Under the pieces are notes generated by a model. It was not told where the DNA came from. It ran no database searches and saw only the letters and a list, made by a program, of their open reading frames with translations. 64,000 nucleotides of DNA, from IMG/VR virus record IMGVR_UViG_2706796076_000001. One strand, written 5' to 3'. Both the position numbers and the translations under genes were made by a program. This stretch comes from a virus (taxonomy: Duplodnaviria; Heunggongvirae; Uroviricota; Caudoviricetes; Herelleviridae). This document shows, piece by piece, positions 20,788 through 28,926 of this stretch (the first letter of the stretch is position 1; each line of letters begins with the position of its first letter).

Positions 20788-21174
20788 ATGCCAGTTAACT
20801 TTGCACCCACACCATCACCAGGGAATACAAAGTTTTACAATCATAGAGACCCTAACAAAGATAAATCAACAACTATGTACAAATTACTATTTACTAAACA
20901 GTTTAATAATATATCTTCAACTGATGTTAAATTACAAAAAAAATATGGTATTGATTTAATTAGTAAAGCTATTGGTGTGAATGAAAATATGTTAAGTTTA
21001 AAACAGAAATATAAAAACCAAGAAATAACACATACTGACAGGCTTTATTATGTTCATAAAGGCGGTTTACTAATAGGAAAACTAAGTATTAGAGAGCAGA
21101 GAACATTTAAAAGTACACATCTAATTTTTATATTTAAAATTAGAAAACAAACAAATAAAAGGAAGGGTTATTAA
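20788..21174 (+). CDS. hypothetical protein (start uncertain; ORF open from 20743)
   Basis: ORF in the operon. Confidence 0.4.
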   Translation: MPVNFAPTPSPGNTKFYNHRDPNKDKSTTMYKLLFTKQFNNISSTDVKLQKKYGIDLISKAIGVNENMLSLKQKYKNQEITHTDRLYYVHKGGLLIGKLSIREQRTFKSTHLIFIFKIRKQTNKRKGY

Positions 21175-22019
21175 TGTTAACAACCAACACATTTAAAAAG
21201 ATTAAACCTGAGACATTATATAATAAAATGAAAAACGGAGAAATTGAACTACTAGGTATTACTTATCATGATAAAGATTATCCTATTGGTGTTATACCTG
21301 AGCCTTACATTGAAGACGTAACATTTGAAAAAGGTAATAGATTTGAATTTATCAATAGATTAATTGTTCATGATAACGATAAACCTAATATTATTAGATA
21401 TAATAAAGCATTAGAATCTTCAGGATTAGGAAGTGTTAAAGTAGACCAAATAGACCAAGGTGTAAAAGACCCTGGACTTCTTACAGATATGATTTTAAAA
21501 GGAACTCAAGTAAGTCAAGTTAAAGCTATTGATGTGGAGAACTTATTTATTGAGCCTAAAATTTCAGAAGCTACAATTACACTTGCTAAAGATATTAAAT
21601 TAAAATTATATAAAATTGAAGAAGAAATTATAGACTTTAAACACGAGGTTTACTTGTTGACAACACCTAAAGAGTATGAAGGACAAACATTATTAGGTAT
21701 GTTATCAAAGAAAGATAAATTAACAAAAGTAGATACAGAAAAACTACTTGATTTCTTATTAGAGAGAAGAATTATCAATAAAGAAATACCTTGTGTATTC
21801 TTTGATGATGGCTCTATTACTTATAATTTATATAATACCAATGAAACAGGAATATTTATTGTATCAGATAATACTAGTAGATATTCTATAGCTTGCGGTC
21901 AATCATTTTTATCATTTAAAACCAATGATATATCTTATTCTAAAGTTATTAAAGAAGATAACAGATACACTTTTGAAATTACCTTAAAAAATAATAAAAA
22001 ATTATCAATTTTTTTCTAA
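21174..22019 (+). CDS. hypothetical protein (281 aa)
   Basis: SD AAAGGAAGGG; ATGA overlap with the upstream gene. Confidence 0.5.
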   Translation: MLTTNTFKKIKPETLYNKMKNGEIELLGITYHDKDYPIGVIPEPYIEDVTFEKGNRFEFINRLIVHDNDKPNIIRYNKALESSGLGSVKVDQIDQGVKDPGLLTDMILKGTQVSQVKAIDVENLFIEPKISEATITLAKDIKLKLYKIEEEIIDFKHEVYLLTTPKEYEGQTLLGMLSKKDKLTKVDTEKLLDFLLERRIINKEIPCVFFDDGSITYNLYNTNETGIFIVSDNTSRYSIACGQSFLSFKTNDISYSKVIKEDNRYTFEITLKNNKKLSIFF

Positions 22020-22025
22020 AAAACT

Positions 22026-22054
22026 GTTGACAATCCCCTCTCTTTGTATTATAG
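22026..22054 (+). promoter_or_regulatory. sigma70-like promoter flanked by a long-range inverted repeat
   Basis: TTGACA, a 17-nt spacer, then TATAGT. ATCCCCTCTCTTT (22032-22044) pairs with AAAGAGAAGGGAT (22081-22093), which overlaps the SD of gene 22103. Confidence 0.5.
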
Positions 22055-22102
22055 TATAACTATAGAAACAATAAATAAAAAAAGAGAAGGGATTTTGTTA
22101 TT

Positions 22103-22603
22103 ATGTTATTAGGAATTATTATTTTAGGAGTAATTTGGTTTTTAGTCATTAAAGGATTAAGAGTATTAGATTCATTAATGTTAAATGGTAAAGAAGCGTT
22201 TGAAGGAACTGAAGCATTGAGAACAGCTTCAGTAGATGCAGGAGTAAGATTTATTAACTGGTTTATGATTTCAGGAATTGTATTTAGTATTCCATTCCTT
22301 AGAGTTATTGGGTTTTTTGTATTTATTTACGCACTTTATAATTTAATTTTTGCTTTTCCTTTATTAGGGAATAGTCTTATTGTAGTTTTATTTGGTCTAT
22401 TTGGAGATAATGTTTTAGCTAACTTACCTACATTCATGATTAACTACTATCAAAAGTATTCTAAAGTAGCTATGGATGATGTTTATGAATATCAAAATGG
22501 TGTAGCTGAAGAACCAATCGTTTTCTTTACTAAAGAAGCTTATGAAGATGATTCATTTGTAGAAGAAATGAAAGAAGAAGCAGAGAGAATTTATGCAGAA
22601 TAA
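22103..22603 (+). CDS. membrane protein (4 TM) with acidic C-terminus
   Basis: Hydrophobic N-terminal 110 aa. Confidence 0.5.
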   Translation: MLLGIIILGVIWFLVIKGLRVLDSLMLNGKEAFEGTEALRTASVDAGVRFINWFMISGIVFSIPFLRVIGFFVFIYALYNLIFAFPLLGNSLIVVLFGLFGDNVLANLPTFMINYYQKYSKVAMDDVYEYQNGVAEEPIVFFTKEAYEDDSFVEEMKEEAERIYAE

Positions 22604-22940
22604 GTGTATATTTAAATAGTTTCTTTTATTAAAAAGTAAAGTAAGTAGTAGTAAAAAATACAGGTAAATAGTATTCATAAAATGAATTTTTATGAAAAAC
22701 AACTCTGTATTTCAATTAAATATAGCTAAATTAAAGTGTTTTACAAATAAAATTTACTACAAAATTGTATATATTTTTTATAAATACTTATAATGATATA
22801 AAATAATAACAGAAATTGTGATATATTATATAATGTGGACTGAAATAAGTTGATGTAAAGGGATTGTTTTATTAATTGTAACTACGTTTCATATATGTAA
22901 CTAATTACATACTTTTACATTAGAAAGGAAATATTATATT

Positions 22941-23666
22941 ATGGCTAGAAAGAAAAATTTAAAAAATAAAAAAGACACTATTAAAGTTGTTGAAAAAAAA
23001 GAGAGTATACTCTCTAAGCTATATCACAATAAATTATTAAGAACTAAAGTAGATAATGCTTTAGATGAAGATATGAGTTTCGATGATATTATAGATATAT
23101 GTAAAGAGTATGACTTAGACATATCTAAACCATCTTTATCAAGATATAAAAACAAAAGAAGAGAAGCTATTCAAAATGGTTGGGATTTAGGAGAGCTTAT
23201 AGATAAGAGAAAGAAAACCTCTGTAGATGATATATCTGATAAAGAGGTGAGTTATAAAGGTCAAGAAATTGCACCTAGTTTTGAAGAAGCTAAAAGTTAT
23301 ACTGAGAAAATATATAATGACGCTCAGATATTAGATGAAATTATCTATAAAGGTAGAGAAGGTTTAAAATGGGTAGATACATTAGACCCAGCTTTAATGA
23401 TAAGAGCAATAGAAACAAAGAATAAGATAACTAATGGGGAATTAAAAGGTTTAAGTTATATTGGGTTAAAAGAGCTTATGCTTAAACAAACAGCTAGAGA
23501 ATCAGCTATGACAGAAGTATTATTAGAATTTATTCCTGAAGAGCAACACGAACAGGTACTACAAAGATTAGAAGAAAAGGAAAAAGAATTCTATCAAAGT
23601 CTAGATTTAAATGAAGAAGACAAAAGATTTAAAGAAGCTATGGAACAAGCTGGAATATCTATTTAA
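22941..23666 (+). CDS. hypothetical protein (241 aa, basic N-terminus)
   Basis: SD GAAAGGAAA. First gene after a 340-bp AT-rich promoter region. Confidence 0.5.
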   Translation: MARKKNLKNKKDTIKVVEKKESILSKLYHNKLLRTKVDNALDEDMSFDDIIDICKEYDLDISKPSLSRYKNKRREAIQNGWDLGELIDKRKKTSVDDISDKEVSYKGQEIAPSFEEAKSYTEKIYNDAQILDEIIYKGREGLKWVDTLDPALMIRAIETKNKITNGELKGLSYIGLKELMLKQTARESAMTEVLLEFIPEEQHEQVLQRLEEKEKEFYQSLDLNEEDKRFKEAMEQAGISI

Positions 23667-23690
23667 TGTGTAAAGTGAGTGAGGTAAATT

Positions 23691-24179
23691 ATGGAAGTCA
23701 ATCCGATTAATATACAACCAGTAAAAGAAGCATTACCAATTGAAAGTTTAACAGATATTATTCATTACCTAGTAGATGGTAAAGTATTAAGACTAGAACA
23801 AGGAGACCAAGGAACAATCCTTGTAAGACTTAATCCTGGTAAACACCAGATGACAGAAATATCAAGAGATATTAGAAAAGAAACAACTTTTTATAATAGG
23901 TATTGGGTGCCTTATAATATTTCTATTAATGCTCTTATTACATTTAATGTTTACTTAGATGAAGAATTTAATGTAACAGACAATAAATTTAAAGTTAATG
24001 ACATTGTAGAGTATGAACGATTTAATCTATTAAATGAAAATTCAAGTAAAGATGTTGCTAGGATTACAGAAGTACTAACTGATAACAACAATTACTTTTA
24101 TAAGCTAACAGGTGAATACGATAAGGTATTTAAAGAAAGTGAGTTAACTTTAGTAAAAGATATTGACAAGAATGATTAA
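23691..24179 (+). CDS. hypothetical protein (162 aa)
   Basis: SD GAGTGAGG. Confidence 0.5.
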   Translation: MEVNPINIQPVKEALPIESLTDIIHYLVDGKVLRLEQGDQGTILVRLNPGKHQMTEISRDIRKETTFYNRYWVPYNISINALITFNVYLDEEFNVTDNKFKVNDIVEYERFNLLNENSSKDVARITEVLTDNNNYFYKLTGEYDKVFKESELTLVKDIDKND

Positions 24180-24221
24180 GTGTAATATGATATAAGTATC
24201 AAAACAAAAGGAGTTTTTTAT

Positions 24222-24662
24222 ATGTTTATTTCATTAAATAAAGAAGAAGAGAAGATTTTAGGTACAGAAAATAAAAAAGAATTTACACCTTTAAAGAAAG
24301 ATAAAAGATTCAACACAATTAAAGAGCAACAAATCGTTACTTTATATGAAGAAGGAGCACCGTTTAAAGAAATCTCAAAAGCAGTTAAAGTAAGTACAGG
24401 TATGATTTACTCAGTAATTAACAGTTATAAAGTAGAGAAAAGAAACAAGAAATCTAGAGTTTCTGAGAGAGTAGCTCACGTATTAAATGATGTAGAAAAG
24501 ACAAAACAACTTATCAAAGATTATCATTTTATGAATGTAGAAGATATTTATAAGAAGTATAATATTCATAAAAATGGTTTGTACTATATTTTAGACTTAT
24601 ATAATGTAGAGAGAAAAACAGGTTCTAAAGAAGAAGTACTTAATGATGAACAAGAGGAATAA
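24222..24662 (+). CDS. HTH DNA-binding protein (putative regulator)
   Basis: EGAPFKEISKAVKVSTGMIYSVINSY is a helix-turn-helix. Confidence 0.4.
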   Translation: MFISLNKEEEKILGTENKKEFTPLKKDKRFNTIKEQQIVTLYEEGAPFKEISKAVKVSTGMIYSVINSYKVEKRNKKSRVSERVAHVLNDVEKTKQLIKDYHFMNVEDIYKKYNIHKNGLYYILDLYNVERKTGSKEEVLNDEQEE

Positions 24663-24694
24663 GAAATTGTAGTAGAATTGTAGGTGTGTAACAT

Positions 24695-25396
24695 ATGAGT
24701 TTTTCAGATAAATTAAATGAGATGAGGAATAAAGAACATTATGGTTCTCCTAATAATGAAGAAAATACACAAATAAAGAATATAGAATCAGGTTATACAT
24801 TAGAAGAGCTTAAACATTCCTTATTAGATTTAGAAGGTTTAGAAAATGTAGTAAGTAATTACAAAGTAATAGGTACTGAAGTTAATTATGATACGCTTAT
24901 GATTGCTACTGTAACTCCAGATTTAGAAGAGAAATTTGGAACACCAGCAGGTCATTATATTGGGTTATCAAAAGAAAGAATAACAGAAAATGAGTACCTA
25001 TATAATAAGCATAAAAACAGTGCACCAATTAGTATTCTTGAAAGAGCTAGAGTAATAGAGCCTTTATTTAGAATTAAATCTGATGATTACAATTACGACC
25101 AGTATCAATTAGTGGAAGATATTAAAAATAATGTAAAAGTTGAAGATGTATCAGATGAGGTTATAGAGAAAGGTTATATATTAACTTCTAGTGAAGAAGT
25201 AACTCAATTAGAAATCGTAAGTAAAAAAGATATAGAACTTAAAATTGATGATTGCTTAGTTAGGTATAAAGATTTAGCTAATCCTGATAGCTATCTCAAG
25301 CATTATCTTAAATTAAAAGATATGTTAGATGATTCTGAGAGTATGGTTTATTGTCCTCTTGTAGATAAATGTGTATTTATTATGAATAGTATTTAA
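24695..25396 (+). CDS. hypothetical protein (233 aa)
   Basis: ORF with SD-like TAGGTGTG. Confidence 0.45.
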   Translation: MSFSDKLNEMRNKEHYGSPNNEENTQIKNIESGYTLEELKHSLLDLEGLENVVSNYKVIGTEVNYDTLMIATVTPDLEEKFGTPAGHYIGLSKERITENEYLYNKHKNSAPISILERARVIEPLFRIKSDDYNYDQYQLVEDIKNNVKVEDVSDEVIEKGYILTSSEEVTQLEIVSKKDIELKIDDCLVRYKDLANPDSYLKHYLKLKDMLDDSESMVYCPLVDKCVFIMNSI

Positions 25397-25460
25397 TTTT
25401 ATGCTTTCTCTTATATTACATAAGAGAAAGCTATTTTATTATAGAAGGGAATAAGTAGAA

Positions 25461-25844
25461 ATGGATAGATTAAATAAAGGTTATATTGTAGCTATTATTA
25501 TTTTAATTCTTTCTATGAGTATTTACATTACAACAGTAAATATCCAAGGAAAAGACACTGAACATTTTACAAAACAATCATCAGAAGTTAAAGGAGAGAA
25601 AGTAGAAAAAGTAGGTAATTTCACAAAAGACCATATAAGTGATAATAAAATTTATTTTACAGAAAACTTACCTACTTATATTCCTGGAAGAACAACAAAT
25701 AATAGTGTAGATACAACTGTATTTAAAACTAGTAAGTTTAAAGAGGCTAAAAAATTTACACTCATTAGAGTATACTCAAAAGATGATGATGGTAACCGAG
25801 TACACATATATAGATTTGTACCTAAAGGAGAAAAAGTAAAATAG
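25461..25844 (+). CDS. membrane-anchored/secreted protein (N-terminal TM)
   Basis: Signal-anchor IVAIIILILSMSIYITT. SD GAAGGGAA. Confidence 0.5.
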   Translation: MDRLNKGYIVAIIILILSMSIYITTVNIQGKDTEHFTKQSSEVKGEKVEKVGNFTKDHISDNKIYFTENLPTYIPGRTTNNSVDTTVFKTSKFKEAKKFTLIRVYSKDDDGNRVHIYRFVPKGEKVK

Positions 25845-25856
25845 AGGAGGGATACC

Positions 25857-25925
25857 GTGAGTTTTTTGGTAGTAGTTGTATTCATAGCTATAGGAATCAT
25901 CCTTTTTTTAAGCAGTCGATACTAA
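25857..25925 (+). CDS. 22-aa hydrophobic micropeptide (GTG start)
   Basis: A perfect SD GAGGAGG lies 5 nt before GTG. The peptide VSFLVVVVFIAIGIILFLSSRY is a single TM helix. A promoter follows. Confidence 0.35.
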   Translation: MSFLVVVVFIAIGIILFLSSRY

Positions 25926-25980
25926 AAAGTATTGACTGTTTTTTGCTTTTATGTTACTATAATAAAAGAGGAGGTTTGTT

Positions 25981-26163
25981 ATGAATTTTTTAGAAAAGAT
26001 GCAACAAGAGAGTAAAGCTACAGATACTAAAAAGAGTTTTAAAAATAAAAAAGTAGAACCTTATAGGTCTAACCTGACAAGAGAACAGAAACTACAACGA
26101 TTAAAGCATATTAGAGAAAAATCAGGGTATATTGATTTAGGTAGGAGGTACACAGATGAGTAA
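25981..26163 (+). CDS. hypothetical protein (60 aa)
   Basis: SD AAGAGGAGG. Promoter TTGACT...TACTATAAT upstream at ~25932. Confidence 0.5.
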   Translation: MNFLEKMQQESKATDTKKSFKNKKVEPYRSNLTREQKLQRLKHIREKSGYIDLGRRYTDE

Positions 26164-26437
26164 GATAGTATTTGAAGACTATTACAGAGAGTTTAGATTA
26201 AAAGTAGAAAAAGCAGGAGAGCAAATAATAGCTACAGTAGATTGTGATTTAGAATATGCTCCTGTTATTTATGATGATGGCTTAGATAAAGTAAACTTAG
26301 TAGCAGATATAAAAAGAGATACAAAAAAACCTTTATCAGAAAATGAATTATTAGAGTACGCTACAACAATAGCTAAAGCACATAGAGCCATAGAATATTT
26401 TCATAAAGTATTATATTTGAAAGGATATAGAAGATGA
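26156..26437 (+). CDS. hypothetical protein (93 aa)
   Basis: Translationally coupled (overlaps the upstream stop). Confidence 0.5.
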   Translation: MSKIVFEDYYREFRLKVEKAGEQIIATVDCDLEYAPVIYDDGLDKVNLVADIKRDTKKPLSENELLEYATTIAKAHRAIEYFHKVLYLKGYRR

Positions 26438-26787
26438 TTATAGTAGCATTTCCATATAAAAAACAAGAAGAACCGTATTTAAATGATTCCATGAAAAAAT
26501 ACTTTAAAGGTATTGACAAGAAAAATAAATTATGTTATGGTAGTATTACAAACTTCAATAAAAAACATGTTAATAAACAAAAAAATAAAGATATTGTTTT
26601 TGTTTTTGAAGCACCTATGACAACAGAAATATTTAAAAAGTTAAAGAAGTTTAATATTGAAGCAGTTATTAGGTTACAAGATGATGGTTTCTTTGATGTT
26701 ATTTTTAATAAGAAAGGTAGATATATTATTAAATCATTTAATGAACCTGATATAGATAATTTAATAAAGAAAAAGGTGGAAAAATAA
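26434..26787 (+). CDS. hypothetical protein (117 aa)
   Basis: ATGA overlap. Confidence 0.5.
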   Translation: MIIVAFPYKKQEEPYLNDSMKKYFKGIDKKNKLCYGSITNFNKKHVNKQKNKDIVFVFEAPMTTEIFKKLKKFNIEAVIRLQDDGFFDVIFNKKGRYIIKSFNEPDIDNLIKKKVEK

Positions 26788-27287
26788 TGTTATATCAAGA
26801 TTTAATTGAAGATAAGTTAAGCCAGTATGGATATAATTATGAAGTACGTAAAGGAAGTATCATTATTCATTTACAAGATGAGGACTTAATTATTAGAGAA
26901 AGTAGAAAACTAGACAATCATGTCACATTATCTAATGGTAATGACTTAAATGCTAACTTTAATAAAGAAGGTCTAAAAGGTTCTGATTTAACGTTAGTAA
27001 TTCAGTATCACGAAAAACAAAAGAGAGAACTAGAAACATATGCTGACATCATTAAAAGACCAACCGAACTCGTTATCAACTTGAAGAGTGGTAAAGTTAT
27101 TAAAGTAAATAAAAATGATGTTTATAGTTTAGAAAATGAGATTAATAAATTCAAACATGCATTTAAAAGTGATAGAAATAATACATTTTTAATCGAGTTT
27201 AAAGAACATGACTCAACTGTAGATTTAGAATTCTTATTATCTCAAGTAGAAGGCTATTCAATTCATTACAAAGAAGGAGTGAATTAA
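26787..27287 (+). CDS. hypothetical protein (166 aa)
   Basis: TAATG overlap. Confidence 0.5.
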   Translation: MLYQDLIEDKLSQYGYNYEVRKGSIIIHLQDEDLIIRESRKLDNHVTLSNGNDLNANFNKEGLKGSDLTLVIQYHEKQKRELETYADIIKRPTELVINLKSGKVIKVNKNDVYSLENEINKFKHAFKSDRNNTFLIEFKEHDSTVDLEFLLSQVEGYSIHYKEGVN

Positions 27288-27290
27288 TAT

Positions 27291-27614
27291 ATGAATAATG
27301 AAAAATTATCAGTATTAAAAGAATCAGAGTTAAGTATTTTAAATAGTATTGTTAAATTGTTAGAATCTTTTGATGTAGGTTCATTACGACTACTCAAAGA
27401 TAATAACGAATTTGTAATTAAAATTAATGGAGATACGGTATTAGAAACAGATAACGGACTAGTAAAACAACATTTTACTAAATTAAATATTAAAGTTACT
27501 GAAAGAATTGCACTATCTAGAATTAGTGACACATTGCAATTTACTTTAAGTGAGATTTATAACTTAGAAGATACAATGTTTAAAGAAGCACAAAACGTAG
27601 TGGATGAAGTGTAG
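27291..27614 (+). CDS. hypothetical protein (107 aa)
   Basis: Last gene of a coupled operon; its stop lies inside the terminator hairpin. Confidence 0.5.
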   Translation: MNNEKLSVLKESELSILNSIVKLLESFDVGSLRLLKDNNEFVIKINGDTVLETDNGLVKQHFTKLNIKVTERIALSRISDTLQFTLSEIYNLEDTMFKEAQNVVDEV

Positions 27615-27638
27615 TATAAAACTACACTTCTTTTTTTA
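27607..27638 (+). terminator. rho-independent terminator
   Basis: GAAGTGTAGT-ATAAA-ACTACACTTC followed by T7. Confidence 0.8.
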
Positions 27639-27647
27639 TAAAAAGTA

Positions 27648-27676
27648 TTGACATCTAATATAAATTATAGTATCAT
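27648..27676 (+). promoter_or_regulatory. sigma70-like promoter
   Basis: TTGACA, a 17-nt spacer, then TATCAT. Confidence 0.5.
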
Positions 27677-27706
27677 TAAGACATAACAAATAAGGAGATG
27701 TTAAAC

Positions 27707-28267
27707 ATGCTAAATATAGTAGAAAGAAAAAAACCTATTTTAAGTAAACACGTAAATATAACAAACCATGCATATGAAAGATTTTTAATGCGTGTAGAAA
27801 ACTCATCAAGAGAGAAAGCAAAAGAATGGGTAGCTCAAGCTTTAAATAAAGCTACTTATGTTACACAACAAGAAAAGGGTCGAGAAGTTTATGTATTTAA
27901 AGAGCATAAACTTGTTATTGATAAACACTTAAATATTATTACTATTATGAGTGATAATGAAGCTGATTGGGAATCTATAAAGGATACTAGAGATGATATT
28001 AGTGATTTTATTAAACGTAAGTTAAATAAAGAAGTTAGACCTTTAATCAAAAAACGTAATGATATTCAAATTAAAATTTATGAAAAAGAAATAAGTAAAA
28101 TTAAAACAAAGAACCCTAATACGAAAGATATTATACAAGAGCAAATTAATAGTTTGATTGTAGATAAAGATAACACAAATGATAAACTAATAGGCATAAC
28201 TAAAACAGCTAAAAAATACTACCTAGAACCTACCGAAGTACATAAAGATTTATCAGAATTTAAATAA
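27707..28267 (+). CDS. hypothetical protein (~187 aa)
   Basis: SD AAGGAGA 7 nt before ATG 27707. Confidence 0.5.
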   Translation: MLNIVERKKPILSKHVNITNHAYERFLMRVENSSREKAKEWVAQALNKATYVTQQEKGREVYVFKEHKLVIDKHLNIITIMSDNEADWESIKDTRDDISDFIKRKLNKEVRPLIKKRNDIQIKIYEKEISKIKTKNPNTKDIIQEQINSLIVDKDNTNDKLIGITKTAKKYYLEPTEVHKDLSEFK

Positions 28268-28320
28268 TTACTTGACAAAAAAGTTATTATAGTTTATAGT
28301 TAAGTTAAAGGAGGTATATT

Positions 28321-28668
28321 ATGATTTTTTATTTTATTATTTTAGTTCTAACAGTAGTATCATGGTACGTAGGGATAAAAAAGAGAAAAAAAAGTTTTGA
28401 ATTTTTAGGATTTATAGGTATTTTACTAATAGGAGTAACTATTATTTTACCTAAAGAAGTAGCTTTAAAAGATAAAAATGTATCAGTAATTTCAGCAGAA
28501 CAATTTAATGAAATAGCATCAGTGTCTTCTGTTGACGTAAAAGCACATGAGAGTAATAAAAGTTATATAAAGAAAACAACATATACAGTATCAAAGAAAA
28601 GTAAAATTTATTTCATAACAGGTCATAGAGAATTAGACACTAAATATGATGTATATATCAAAAAATAA
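28321..28668 (+). CDS. membrane protein (2 TM)
   Basis: SD AAAGGAGG. Confidence 0.5.
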   Translation: MIFYFIILVLTVVSWYVGIKKRKKSFEFLGFIGILLIGVTIILPKEVALKDKNVSVISAEQFNEIASVSSVDVKAHESNKSYIKKTTYTVSKKSKIYFITGHRELDTKYDVYIKK

Positions 28669-28681
28669 AGGAGATATTTCA

Positions 28682-28909
28682 ATGAATAATATGGAAAATT
28701 TTAAAGAAGAAAAACAATATAAAGTCACAGTAGCTCTAAAAAGTGGGAAATATATGGATATTAATGTTTCAATTGAAGAGAGAGATAGTCTTATTAAGTT
28801 GTTAAAAAACTGTGACGCTGATACATTTTCACTATTTTTTGCAAGTAATTCAACAGAAGACGATGTTTGGGTACCTTTAAACAGTATAGAATTTATTAGT
28901 ATTAAATAA
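28682..28909 (+). CDS. hypothetical protein (~75 aa)
   Basis: SD AAAGGAGA before ATG 28682. Confidence 0.45.
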   Translation: MNNMENFKEEKQYKVTVALKSGKYMDINVSIEERDSLIKLLKNCDADTFSLFFASNSTEDDVWVPLNSIEFISIK

Positions 28910-28926
28910 TAAAAGGAGAGGTAATT

